Virus record (IMG/VR): IMGVR_UViG_3300017754_001058 | Span: 1 to 61,297 of that record | Reading direction: 5' to 3' (one strand) | DNA length: 61,297 bases | Source of the DNA: a virus | Lineage: Duplodnaviria > Caudoviricetes | Shown: one piece after another, positions 1-9,775 of the stretch | How positions within the stretch are numbered: position 1 is the stretch's first letter | Layout of the letters: every line of letters starts with the position of its first letter | Position numbers and translations under genes: made by a program | The notes under the pieces: generated by a model | What the model saw: the letters and a program-made list of their open reading frames with translations, nothing else | Database searches by the model: none | What the model was told of the DNA's origin: nothing

Positions 1-1
1 A

Positions 2-796
2 ACGCAGCCTACCGCAGCATTTGGCACCAGCGTAACCCCCGGCACCACTGCGGGCACTTATGGCGCATGGGCGCAGGTCGCCACTGCCGCCAACATGGCG
101 CAGGATACTTACGGGGTGTATATCTGCTTCAACTCAGGCAGCACAGCCGCCGCAACACGTAACATTCTGTGCGAGATGGGCGTCGATAACGCGGGCGGCA
201 CTTCCTACGTGTCCGTCATCCCACATTTGCTGGCGGGCAACGCTAGCCCGTACACAACCCCTCCGGGTGGTACTTTCTATTATTTTCCCCTGTACATCAG
301 AGCAGGTTCAACCGTTGCGTTTCGGGCTATGTCCAACAGCGCCACGGCGCTCCGTGTAAGCGTTTACTTCTATGGGCAACCTGCGCGGCCAGATGCCTTG
401 CGCGTTGGTTCCTATGTCGATGCGTTTGGGGTTGATGTTACCAACCGTATTGGGACGGCGATTACCGCTGGTACTACGAGTGAGGGTACGTTTACGCAGC
501 TGGGGTCAGCTACCACGAAACCATATTGGTGGTGGCAGATGGGGTTCAATATCAACAACGCCAATATGAACGCTGCGACTACGCACACTGACATAGCTTC
601 CGGCACCGCCACCAACAGAAGACTGTTGATTGAGAACCAGATTTGGCAGGTTACGTCCGCCGAGCAAATTGGGTGTACGCCTGCAATTATAGAGGCGTAT
701 AAAGAGGTGGCGACGGGGGCCCTGATTTACGGGAGAGCGCAGACGACCGCTACCACGACCGGCACGACGATGATTGCCTACGGGCTAGGGGGTTAA
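2..796 (+). CDS. Putative virion/tail-associated protein, 5'-truncated by the window edge
   Basis: The frame of ORF 95..796 is open from base 2 (TQPTAAFGTSVTPGTTAGTYGAWAQVA...). Thr/Gly-rich, beta-type composition; abuts the next gene. Confidence 0.7.
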   Translation, partial: TQPTAAFGTSVTPGTTAGTYGAWAQVATAANMAQDTYGVYICFNSGSTAAATRNILCEMGVDNAGGTSYVSVIPHLLAGNASPYTTPPGGTFYYFPLYIRAGSTVAFRAMSNSATALRVSVYFYGQPARPDALRVGSYVDAFGVDVTNRIGTAITAGTTSEGTFTQLGSATTKPYWWWQMGFNINNANMNAATTHTDIASGTATNRRLLIENQIWQVTSAEQIGCTPAIIEAYKEVATGALIYGRAQTTATTTGTTMIAYGLGG

Positions 797-797
797 G

Positions 798-1142
798 ATG
801 GCGATTACCGTTGCATACACCGGCACCGCGACCATCGGAACCACCGAGTACTCTCTCGTCAATAGCTCCACGACACTTGCCTCCGTCACGAACGTCGGCG
901 TGTACCAAGTGTTTATCGACGTCTCCACCATGGCCGCCGGGGACGAATATGAAATCAAGATCAAGGAGAAGGTCACCTCCGGGGGCTCGCAGCTAAACAT
1001 CTATACGGCAGTTTTGGACGGTGCGCAGTCAAGCCCGTTCGTCACCCCGACGCTTGTCCTCATGCTGGGGTGGGACGTCACCATGGACAAGCTTACAGGC
1101 ACTGACAGGTCTATCTCTTGGTCCATCCGTAAAGTCGGATAG
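798..1142 (+). CDS. Hypothetical virion protein
   Basis: 114-aa ORF 1 nt after the previous stop; beta-rich; structural operon context. Confidence 0.7.
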   Translation: MAITVAYTGTATIGTTEYSLVNSSTTLASVTNVGVYQVFIDVSTMAAGDEYEIKIKEKVTSGGSQLNIYTAVLDGAQSSPFVTPTLVLMLGWDVTMDKLTGTDRSISWSIRKVG

Positions 1143-1146
1143 ATAA

Positions 1147-4100
1147 ATGAGTTGGTTATACCAACCACTCCTACCTGCATCGGCAGACATCCAAGCTGGC
1201 ACATCAGTATCGGTCAGCGTAACAGGTGTGTCCGCCACAGGTTCAATCGGTGACACCACCGAAACCGTAGGCAATATAGACAACACAGCCCTATTTGGCT
1301 TCTCCGGCTTCTCCGTTGTCCCGTTCTCCGGCCTTGAGGTTATTGCCAGCGGGTCGGTGTCCGTTTCCGTCAACGCCACGGGCGTGTCCGCTACGGGTAC
1401 GCTTGGTGTCGAAGAGGCTCGGGGCAGAGCCAACACAACCCCGACAGGCGTGTCAGCGACTGGTACCGTCGGTACGGTTGCTACCTCGGGCAGAGCCAAC
1501 ACCACCCCGACAGGCGTTTCCGCCACCGGCACGCTCGGTGCCGAAGAGGCTCGGGGTAGAGCTAACACCACTGTTACGGGCGTATCTGCAACGGGTTCGG
1601 TGGGTACGGTAGTCACCACTGCTAGGGCCAACACCACCGCCACTGGCGTGTCAGCGACTGGCGCAATTGGTACGGTATCTATTAGTCTCGGCTACCGGGT
1701 AACCGGCGTATCTGCGACTGGCACCATCGGTGCCGTAACTATAAACGCTAGGGCCAACACGACCCTAACCGGCGTATCTGCGACTGGTACCGTCGGTACG
1801 GTTGCTACCTCGGGCAGAGCCAACACCACCCCGACAGGCGTTTCCGCGACTGGCTCAGTCGGCACCGTAGCCACCTCGGGTAGGGCGAACGTAACCGTAA
1901 CTGGTGTGTCTGCCACTGGCGCAGTCGGCACGGTTGCTGTTTCTGCCCCGAGAACAGTCTCCGTAACTGGCGTGTCAGCAACTGGCGCAGTCGGCACGGT
2001 AGCCACGCGTTCGTCCTATTACGTCACTGGCGTATCTGCGACCGGCACCATCGGTGCCGTAACTATAAACGCTAGGGCCAACACGACCCTTACTGGTGTC
2101 TCAGCCACCGGTACACTCGGTGCCGAAGAGGCTCGGGGTAGGGCTAATACCACTGCAACTGGTGTCTCGGCTACCGGTACAGTCGGCACCGTAGCCATCG
2201 TAGCTAGAGCCAACACGACCCCGACAGGCGTTTCGGCCACTGGCGCAATTGGTACGGTAGCTACCTCGGGTCGGGCTAACGTAACCGTAACTGGTGTTTC
2301 TGCCACTGGGCAGATTGGTGACGTCACCGAAGCGGTGGGCAACGTCGATAATACGATGGTGCTGGGCTTCTCCGGCTTCTCCGTCGTGCCGTTTTCGGGC
2401 GTCGAGACTGCGCAGCTATCGAATACCAATGTCAGCGTAACCGGTGTTTCGGCCACTGGCGCAATTGGCACCGTAGCCACCTCGGGCAGAGCCAACACCA
2501 CCGCGACAGGCGTATCCGCTACAGGTGCCATTGGCACGGTAGCCACCTCAGGTAGAGCTAACACTACCCTCACCGGCGTATCCGCGACTGGCACTGTCGG
2601 CACGGTAGCTATCTCCGTACGTGTCAGCACTGTCGTTACGGGCGTTTCCGCCACAGGTGCCATTGGCACCGTAGCCACCTCGGGTAGAGCTAACACCACC
2701 CCAGTAGGTGTGTCTGCGACTGGCGCTATTGGCATAGTAGCTACCCGTTCGTCCTATTACGCCACTGGGGTATCTGCGACCGGCACCATCGGTACCGTAG
2801 CTGTAAACGCTAAGTCTAATACCACTGTAACCGGTGTTTCCGCCATTGGGTCTATCGGTGACGTCAGTGAAGCTGTCGGTAACGTCGATAATACCATGCT
2901 GCTCGGCTTCTCGGGCTTTGCAGTTGTGCCGTTCTCCGGTGTCGAAACTCCACCACGCAATAACACCAACGTAAGCGTAACCGGTGTTTCGGCCACTGGC
3001 GCAATTGGCACCGTAGCCACCTCGGGTAGAGCTAACACCACTCTAACTGGCGTATCCGCTACAGGTGCAATCGGCACCGTAGCCACCTCGGGTAGAGCTA
3101 ACACCACCCCAGTAGGTGTGTCTGCCACTGGCGCAGTCGGCACGGTAGTTGCCTCCGTAGACGCCAACGCTGTAGTAACCGGTGTTTCCGCCACAGGTGC
3201 CCTTGGCACCGAAGAGGCTCAGGGCAAAGCCAACACCACCCTTACGGGTGTTTCTGCGACCGGCGCAGTTGGCACAGTAGCTACCCGTTCGTCCTATTAC
3301 GTCACCGGCGTTTCGGCTACGGGTGCGGTCGGTACCGTAGCTGTAAATGCTAGAGCCAACACCACACCCACAGGGGTCGTCGGTACCGGACAAATCGGTG
3401 ACGTCAGTGAAGCTGTCGGTAACGTCGATAACACGATGGTACTGGGCTTCTCGCCATTTTCGGCGGTGCCGTTCTCGGGGGTCGAAACACCTCAACGGGA
3501 TAACACGAATGTCGGCGTAACTGGCGTATCCGCTACAGGTGCAATCGGCACCGTAGCCACCTCGGGCAGAGCCAACACTACCCTGACAGGCGTATCCGCC
3601 ACAGGTGCCATTGGCACTGTAGCTGTCCAAGCTAGGGCAAACACTACCGCTACCGGTGTATCCGCTACGGGTGCGGTTGGTGATACGACTGAGGTAGCTA
3701 AGGCTAATGCCGCCGTTACAGGTGTAACGGGTACAGGTGCCCTTGGCACCGAAGAGGCTCAGGGCAAAGCCAACACCACCCTTACGGGTGTTTCTGCGAC
3801 CGGCTTTGTCGGCACGGTCGTGGCGTCCCTTCCTACCGTTGTTTCCGTTACTGGCGTCTCTGCTACGGGTACCCTTGGCACTACGGCAGTTACAGGTAGG
3901 GCCAACACCACCGTAACTGGTGTGTCTGCGACCGGTGCAGTCGGCACCGTATTTGCCGCGATGCAGATGCGCGTGTTCCCGACCGGTGTATCCGCCTCGG
4001 GTTTGGTCGGCACGGTAGCTACCCGTTCGTCCTATTACGCCACTGGTGTATCGGCATCGGGTGCGGTTGGTACGGTAGCCGTAAACGCTAAGGCTAACGT

Positions 4101-6876
4101 AACCCTGACGGGGGTTGTGGGTACTGGCCAGATCGGTGACGTCACCGAAGCGGTTGGCAACGTCGATAACACCATGCTGCTCGGCTTCTCGGGCTTTGCA
4201 GTTGTGCCGTTCTCGGGCGTAGAAGATCGCCAGCGTGATAACACCAACGTCAGCGTAACCGGCGTCTCCGCTTCCGGTGTAATTGGTACTGTAACTACTT
4301 CTGGGCGGGGCGAGGCTGTTGTAACCGGCGTATCTGCGTCGGGTCTGGTTGGCACGGTAGCTACCCAAGGCAAGGCGAATGTTCCGGTCAATGGCGTAGC
4401 CGCAAGCGGCTCGGTTGGTACCGTGTTTGCCGCAATGCAGATGCGGGTGTTCCCGACCGGAGTTTCAGCTTCGGGTGCAGTTGGTACGGTAGCTACTTTC
4501 GCTAAGGCCAATACGACCCTGACGGGCGTTACAGGCACAGGGCAGATCGGTGATGTAACCGAAGCTGTCGGCAATATCGACAACACGGCCCTGCTGGGCT
4601 TCTCTGGCTTCTCAGTCGTTCCGTTCTCCGGTGTCGAAACTCCGCAACGGGATAACACCAACGTCGGCGTTACAGGCGCAGCTGCAACCGGTGCGGTTGG
4701 CACGGTAGCTGTAAACGCTAAGGCCAACACCGTAGTCAACGGTGTCTTTGCGAACGGGCTGCTGGGTACAGTTCAGGTAGGTATCGGAGCCGTTACGAAC
4801 GTAACTGGCGTATCCGCGTCTGCGCTCGTTAACTCCGTCTTCGTAGCTCTTGGTAGGCAGGTTGCTGTTACCGGCGTCTCCGCTGCGGGGGCTATTGGGG
4901 ACACCACTGAGACCGGCAAAGCCAATGTCTTCCCGAACGGTGTCACGGGCACGGGCGAAATCGGGGATGTTACCGAAGCCGTAGGTAACGTCGATAACAC
5001 AGCCCTGCTGGGCTTCTCGGGCTTCTCAGTCGTTCCGTTCTCCGGCGTCGAAACGCCTCAACGGAATAATACCAACGTAGACGTTACGGGGGTGGCAGGC
5101 TCCGGGTTTGTCGGGGACACCACTGAGGTCGGTAAAGCCAATACCGAGCTTACCGGTGTGGTTGCTAACGGGCTGCTGGGCACCGTCCAGTTTAGTCTCG
5201 GCACCAGCGTGCCTGTATCCGGTGTGTCTGCGGCTGGCGCGGTTGGTACTGTATTTGTCGCACTTGGTCAGCAAGTTGCGGTTACCGGCGTAAGCGGTGC
5301 AGGTGCCGTTGGTACGGTAGCCACTTCAGCTAAAGCAAACACTACCCTGACGGGCGTCTTCGCCACAGGGGAGATTGGTGATGTTACCGAAGCCGTAGGC
5401 AACGTAGACAACACAGCCCTGCTGGGCTTTTCTGGCTTCTCAGTTGTTCCGTTCTCCGGGCTTGAGGTCGAAGTCCGCAATAATACAAACGTCGATGTAA
5501 CCGGCGTTTCAGCCAACGGCCTTGTCGGCACTGCCGCCACCAACGTCGAGACCGTCTTTGTCACGGGCGTCTCCGCCACTGGGCAGATCGGGGACGTCAG
5601 CGAAGAAGTCGTCAACGTAGACAACACAGCTCTGCTGGGCTTCTCAGGCTTCTCGGTTGTGCCGTTCTCCGGCATCGAGACACCACAGCGGAATAATATT
5701 TCGGTCACCGGGGTATCGGCTGACGGTCTTGTTAGCACGGTTGCTGTCAGCACTAGGGCAAATACAACCCTAACCGGCGTCTCAGCGACTGGGGCGGTCG
5801 GGACTGTAAATGTTGAGTCCCGCTACTACGTCACTGGGGTATCCGCGACCGGTGCCATCGGTGACGCGACGGTTGTTGCTAAAGCCAACACTACCCTGAC
5901 GGGCGTCGAAGCTACCGGTCAGATTGGGGACGTCAGCGAAGAAGTCGTAAACGTAGATAATACGGCACTGCTTGGCTTCTCGGGCTTCTCAGTCGTACCG
6001 TTCTCCGGGCTTGAGGTCGAAGTCCGCAATAACACCAACGTCAGTGTAACCGGTGTCGAAGGCACCGGGCAAATCGGTACAGCCGATGTTAGCTCTGCAA
6101 CGGTTCTGGATGTTACCGGCGTAGAGGCTGCTGGTGAAGTCGGTAGCGTCACGGTTACGCCTCGTACGTTTGTCCTTGTATCTGGGGTCTCCGCTGCGGC
6201 GTCTGTTGGTGACGTTACCGTCAATGGCGCGGTTATCCTATCCGTTACCGGCGTAGAGGCTGCTGGTGAAGTCAGTAGCGTCACGGTTACGGCTCGTGCG
6301 TTTACCTCCGTATCTGGGGTCTCCGCTGCGGCGTCTGTTGGTACTGTTACCGTCAACGGTAAGGCTATCCTATCCGTTACCGGCGTATCTGCTTCTGGTC
6401 AGATTGGTGATGTCACTAGTCCGGTTGACCAAGTTGTAAACGTCACTGGCGTACAAGCGGACGGGGAGATCGGCACCGTCGAAGTGCCGAAGTGGATTCC
6501 GATTGTACCGGTCCAAGACCCAGACTGGGTACCCGTCAACGATGCTCAGGCGGGTGTGTGGAACGCCGTCGATGACGCGCAGAATGTAAACTGGCAGACC
6601 GTTAACGACTCGCAGATTATAACTTGGACGGCTGTCAACGACAACCAGACACCCAACTGGCAAACTGTTGATGACTCGCAAAGCGTAACTTGGGCTGCTA
6701 TAAACGACAACCAGACGCCCAACTGGCAAGCTGTTGACGACTCGCAAAGCGTAACTTGGTCTGTTATAGATGATAGTCAGACGCCAAGCTGGACCACAGT
6801 GAACGACTCGCAATCTACCACATGGAGCGCTGTAAACGACGGTAACACTGTGGTATGGACCGAGATACCGACATAG
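1147..6876 (+). CDS. Giant Thr/Gly/Val/Ala-rich repeat protein, putative fibre or virion surface protein
   Basis: 1909 aa made of ~22-aa (V/L/P)TGVSATGxxGTV...RANTT repeats, 10 interspersed GFSGFSVVPFSG modules and C-terminal 11-aa Trp repeats. Confidence 0.8.
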   Translation: MSWLYQPLLPASADIQAGTSVSVSVTGVSATGSIGDTTETVGNIDNTALFGFSGFSVVPFSGLEVIASGSVSVSVNATGVSATGTLGVEEARGRANTTPTGVSATGTVGTVATSGRANTTPTGVSATGTLGAEEARGRANTTVTGVSATGSVGTVVTTARANTTATGVSATGAIGTVSISLGYRVTGVSATGTIGAVTINARANTTLTGVSATGTVGTVATSGRANTTPTGVSATGSVGTVATSGRANVTVTGVSATGAVGTVAVSAPRTVSVTGVSATGAVGTVATRSSYYVTGVSATGTIGAVTINARANTTLTGVSATGTLGAEEARGRANTTATGVSATGTVGTVAIVARANTTPTGVSATGAIGTVATSGRANVTVTGVSATGQIGDVTEAVGNVDNTMVLGFSGFSVVPFSGVETAQLSNTNVSVTGVSATGAIGTVATSGRANTTATGVSATGAIGTVATSGRANTTLTGVSATGTVGTVAISVRVSTVVTGVSATGAIGTVATSGRANTTPVGVSATGAIGIVATRSSYYATGVSATGTIGTVAVNAKSNTTVTGVSAIGSIGDVSEAVGNVDNTMLLGFSGFAVVPFSGVETPPRNNTNVSVTGVSATGAIGTVATSGRANTTLTGVSATGAIGTVATSGRANTTPVGVSATGAVGTVVASVDANAVVTGVSATGALGTEEAQGKANTTLTGVSATGAVGTVATRSSYYVTGVSATGAVGTVAVNARANTTPTGVVGTGQIGDVSEAVGNVDNTMVLGFSPFSAVPFSGVETPQRDNTNVGVTGVSATGAIGTVATSGRANTTLTGVSATGAIGTVAVQARANTTATGVSATGAVGDTTEVAKANAAVTGVTGTGALGTEEAQGKANTTLTGVSATGFVGTVVASLPTVVSVTGVSATGTLGTTAVTGRANTTVTGVSATGAVGTVFAAMQMRVFPTGVSASGLVGTVATRSSYYATGVSASGAVGTVAVNAKANVTLTGVVGTGQIGDVTEAVGNVDNTMLLGFSGFAVVPFSGVEDRQRDNTNVSVTGVSASGVIGTVTTSGRGEAVVTGVSASGLVGTVATQGKANVPVNGVAASGSVGTVFAAMQMRVFPTGVSASGAVGTVATFAKANTTLTGVTGTGQIGDVTEAVGNIDNTALLGFSGFSVVPFSGVETPQRDNTNVGVTGAAATGAVGTVAVNAKANTVVNGVFANGLLGTVQVGIGAVTNVTGVSASALVNSVFVALGRQVAVTGVSAAGAIGDTTETGKANVFPNGVTGTGEIGDVTEAVGNVDNTALLGFSGFSVVPFSGVETPQRNNTNVDVTGVAGSGFVGDTTEVGKANTELTGVVANGLLGTVQFSLGTSVPVSGVSAAGAVGTVFVALGQQVAVTGVSGAGAVGTVATSAKANTTLTGVFATGEIGDVTEAVGNVDNTALLGFSGFSVVPFSGLEVEVRNNTNVDVTGVSANGLVGTAATNVETVFVTGVSATGQIGDVSEEVVNVDNTALLGFSGFSVVPFSGIETPQRNNISVTGVSADGLVSTVAVSTRANTTLTGVSATGAVGTVNVESRYYVTGVSATGAIGDATVVAKANTTLTGVEATGQIGDVSEEVVNVDNTALLGFSGFSVVPFSGLEVEVRNNTNVSVTGVEGTGQIGTADVSSATVLDVTGVEAAGEVGSVTVTPRTFVLVSGVSAAASVGDVTVNGAVILSVTGVEAAGEVSSVTVTARAFTSVSGVSAAASVGTVTVNGKAILSVTGVSASGQIGDVTSPVDQVVNVTGVQADGEIGTVEVPKWIPIVPVQDPDWVPVNDAQAGVWNAVDDAQNVNWQTVNDSQIITWTAVNDNQTPNWQTVDDSQSVTWAAINDNQTPNWQAVDDSQSVTWSVIDDSQTPSWTTVNDSQSTTWSAVNDGNTVVWTEIPT
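6490..6873 (+). repeat. 33-bp / 11-aa tandem repeat (W-x-x-V-x-D-x-Q), 12 evenly spaced Trp
   Basis: ...WQTVNDSQIIT WTAVNDNQTPN WQTVDDSQSVT... read from the translation. Confidence 0.9.
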
Positions 6877-6917
6877 AGGACCGAGATGTCTACGGCCTAC
6901 AAACTGAGGAACCTGAT

Positions 6918-7385
6918 GTGAGTTTCTGGGATCGCTTTGAGAGCAAGCGCGACGGTATCGAGGATACGGTCGAGTTCACAATCCGCATCGCCGTGATTAC
7001 GCTGGCCTGCGTTGTGCTGGTCGTCGTAGCCGCACTGGTCATTGGTCTGTTTGCGCCGAACCACATCGTGGACAGCGACAAGGTGTTCGAGATTGTCGGT
7101 CCCGCCTTCAACATGGTGATCGGTGCCTTCGTTGGTCTGCTTGGCGGCCTGAGCCTCAACGCCAACGCGCGTGACGCAAAACCCGAAGAGCCGACCCCGG
7201 TCGAACCTGCGCCGCTACCCACACCACTAATTGCACCTGAGCCTGACGTCGAAGAAGCAAGCGCCGACGACGATGACGACATGGCTCCTTGGGAACGGTA
7301 TCGTAACGACCTGCGCTATGACGCCAATGGCGACGGCGTGGTGGACGAGAGTGATTTCCCTGACTGGCGGAGTGCTGGCAAGTGA
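6918..7385 (+). CDS. Two-TM membrane protein (holin candidate) with a C-terminal EF-hand-like loop
   Basis: GTG start at 6918 after GAGGA; two hydrophobic segments; DANGDGVVDESD near the C-terminus; overlaps the endolysin start (GTGA). Confidence 0.55.
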   Translation: MSFWDRFESKRDGIEDTVEFTIRIAVITLACVVLVVVAALVIGLFAPNHIVDSDKVFEIVGPAFNMVIGAFVGLLGGLSLNANARDAKPEEPTPVEPAPLPTPLIAPEPDVEEASADDDDDMAPWERYRNDLRYDANGDGVVDESDFPDWRSAGK

Positions 7386-7996
7386 GCCTCGTAACGCTCC
7401 AACAGAAGATCGGCGTTACCGCTGACGGTACGTTTGGCCCCGGTACGCTTAAGGCCGCTGCGGCCTACTATAAGCTGAACAAGAACCGCGCTGCCCACTT
7501 CTTCGCCCAGACGGCGCATGAGAGCGGCAACTTCACGGCGTTTAGCGAGAACCTCAACTATGGTGCAAAGGGGCTGCGCGGCATCTTTGGCAAGTATTTT
7601 CCGACAGACGCGATGGCACGGGCGTATGAACGCCAGCCGCAGAAGATCGCCAACCGCGTTTACGCCAGCCGCATGGGCAACAGCGTGGAGGCATCCGGCG
7701 ACGGCTGGAAGTTCCGTGGGCGCGGCGCGCTCCAGTTGACGGGCAAGGCAAACTACCAAGCCTTTGCGGACTACATCGACCGCCCCGACATCATGGACAA
7801 CCCCAACCTTGTGGCTGGCGAACTCTGCTTTGAGTCGGCGCTGTGGTTCTTCGACAAGAACAAGCTGTGGTCGATCTGCGACCAAGGCATCACCGACGCT
7901 GCCATCCTTGCGCTGACCAAGCGCATCAACGGCGGCACCCACGGGTTGGATGATCGCATGGCGAAGACCAAAAAATACGCCGGATGGCCTGCGTGA
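7382..7996 (+). CDS. Endolysin, glycoside hydrolase family 19 (chitinase-like), with a short N-terminal PG-binding-like segment
   Basis: Motifs AHFFAQTAHES, ENLNY, GDGWKFRGRGALQLTGKANY, SALWFF, TKRINGGTHGLDDR; N-terminal LQQKIGVTADGTFGPGT. Confidence 0.92.
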   Translation: MSLVTLQQKIGVTADGTFGPGTLKAAAAYYKLNKNRAAHFFAQTAHESGNFTAFSENLNYGAKGLRGIFGKYFPTDAMARAYERQPQKIANRVYASRMGNSVEASGDGWKFRGRGALQLTGKANYQAFADYIDRPDIMDNPNLVAGELCFESALWFFDKNKLWSICDQGITDAAILALTKRINGGTHGLDDRMAKTKKYAGWPA

Positions 7997-8256
7997 ACGT
8001 GAACTGGGGTGACATCCTAAAGGGTGCCGTACCCATCCTAGTGGCCTGCATCGCGTGGCTGCTGGGGCAAGTGAGCGCGTTTGAAACCCGCTTGACCAAG
8101 ATCGAAGCGGCAATGCCTGTTCTCGTTACACCGGACGGCGTACCTACAGACAGCCCGCTGTCGGCAAGGGCCAGAGCGGAACTGCGTGAACATCTTACCA
8201 GTGAGATTAACGAATTGAAGGTGCGCGTCGGCGTCATCGAAAGCAAAGGTAACTGA
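7993..8256 (+). CDS. Small membrane-anchored coiled-coil protein (lysis cassette)
   Basis: GTG overlaps the endolysin stop; N-terminal hydrophobic helix followed by heptad-like segments. Confidence 0.6.
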   Translation: MNVNWGDILKGAVPILVACIAWLLGQVSAFETRLTKIEAAMPVLVTPDGVPTDSPLSARARAELREHLTSEINELKVRVGVIESKGN

Positions 8257-8257
8257 C

Positions 8258-8449
8258 ATGAGCCTGAAGAAAGCGGCGTTGAACGCAGCGAAGAAAGAAG
8301 CCGAGAAGGTCATCGCCAAGGAGGCGTTCAAGGGCGTCATCGGCACTACGCTGCCGAACGGCAACAAGCCCGGTCTGTCCAAGACCAAGATGACGCTGGG
8401 CGCGCTGGTGTTGGCCATTGCTGGCCTTGTGTTTGAGTACCTGACCTGA
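8258..8449 (+). CDS. Small protein with a C-terminal TM helix
   Basis: 63 aa, 1 nt after the previous stop; TLGALVLAIAGLVFEYL. Confidence 0.6.
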   Translation: MSLKKAALNAAKKEAEKVIAKEAFKGVIGTTLPNGNKPGLSKTKMTLGALVLAIAGLVFEYLT

Positions 8450-8551
8450 CCGCAATCGTGCGCGTATGTCTGCGAAAGCGATTACCTGAAGGGGGTCGTC
8501 AACTAATGTCTACCATGTTAGATACAGACTACGTGTTTCCGAGGTAACGAC

Positions 8552-9775
8552 ATGCCGAGCACTTATAGCAACCTTAAAATCCAGCTGATGTCCACGGGTG
8601 AGAACAACACTACGTGGGGTGATGTTACCAACATCAACCTTGGCACCGCGCTTGAAGAAGCAATCGTCGGTTCGGCGGATGTGACCTTTGCCAGTGCTAA
8701 CGTCACCCTGACCCTTGCGGATAGCAATGTATCTCAGACTGCGCGCAACCTGCGGCTGCGCTGCACCGGTACGACGGGCGGAGCCCGCGACCTCATCGTC
8801 CCCGCCATCGAGAAGGTATATATAGTCCGCAACGACTGCGCGGATACGATTACGGTCAAGAACGCCACTGGCACTGGTGTGGCTGTACCGGCGGGTCAGA
8901 GCATCTGGGTTTTCAACGACGGCACCAACGTGGTGAACGTCGTCACGTACTTGTCCTCACTTACGCTGGGTACGGCGCTCCCCACCGCCTCTGGCGGCAC
9001 TGGGTCTACAGCGACAACCTATTGTAACGTCCAGACGAACGTAACGGGCACACTGCCTATCGCTAACGGCGGCACTGGGTCTGCATCGACAACCTATTGT
9101 AATGTCCAAACGAACGTAACGGGCACACTACCTATCGCTAACGGTGGGACGAACGCCACGACTGCTGCGGATGCGCGCACCGCACTTGGTGCAACCACAC
9201 TTGGCGCAAACGTCTTTACCCTCGCTAACCCCAGCGCAATCACGTTCCCCCGTTTCAACGCGGACAACACGGTCTCTGCGTTGGACGCGGCTGATTTCCG
9301 AACTGCTATCGGCGCTGGGGCCGGGACAGGGACCGTCACTTCGGTCAGCGGCACTGGCTCGGCCAACGGTCTGTCTCTTTCTGGCACGGTTACCAGCACT
9401 GGCAACATCACTCTGAGTGGCAGCGTCACCTCGGTGGCTACAACGGCGACTATCGACGGCGTTATTATTGGCTACCGGAATATTCCCCGCTCCACGACAA
9501 CCACGACGATTGCGGCTACGGACGTTGGGAAGTGCATCGCTGTCACTGCGGGTATCGCTCTCCCTGCTAACACTACTACTTTTGCGGCAGGGGACTCAGT
9601 CTCAATCTACAATAATAGCGATACGGCTATCACGATCACGCAGGGTTCTAGCATCACTCTTTATCTGGCCGGTACGGCTACGACAGGGAATCGCACATTG
9701 GCCCAGCGCGGTATCGCTACAATTTGGTTCAATAGTAATACTGATGCAGTCATTTCCGGTGGGGGAGTCAGCTAA
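8552..9775 (+). CDS. Putative tail fibre protein
   Basis: GAGG RBS; LPIANGGTG repeats, AADARTALG and GTVTSVSG motifs typical of phage fibres; internal duplication TTYCNVQTNVTGTLPIANGGT. Confidence 0.75.
   Translation: MPSTYSNLKIQLMSTGENNTTWGDVTNINLGTALEEAIVGSADVTFASANVTLTLADSNVSQTARNLRLRCTGTTGGARDLIVPAIEKVYIVRNDCADTITVKNATGTGVAVPAGQSIWVFNDGTNVVNVVTYLSSLTLGTALPTASGGTGSTATTYCNVQTNVTGTLPIANGGTGSASTTYCNVQTNVTGTLPIANGGTNATTAADARTALGATTLGANVFTLANPSAITFPRFNADNTVSALDAADFRTAIGAGAGTGTVTSVSGTGSANGLSLSGTVTSTGNITLSGSVTSVATTATIDGVIIGYRNIPRSTTTTTIAATDVGKCIAVTAGIALPANTTTFAAGDSVSIYNNSDTAITITQGSSITLYLAGTATTGNRTLAQRGIATIWFNSNTDAVISGGGVS

Noticed and set aside
1029-6813. Many long - strand ORFs opposite the repeat protein
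   Set aside because: Antisense shadows of a repetitive, codon-biased gene; no RBS or operon logic.
8450-8551. Intergenic gap after the lysis cassette as a structured RNA
   Set aside because: Only short, imperfect pairings (AATCG/CGATT) and a lone TGTTAG half-site; not enough support.
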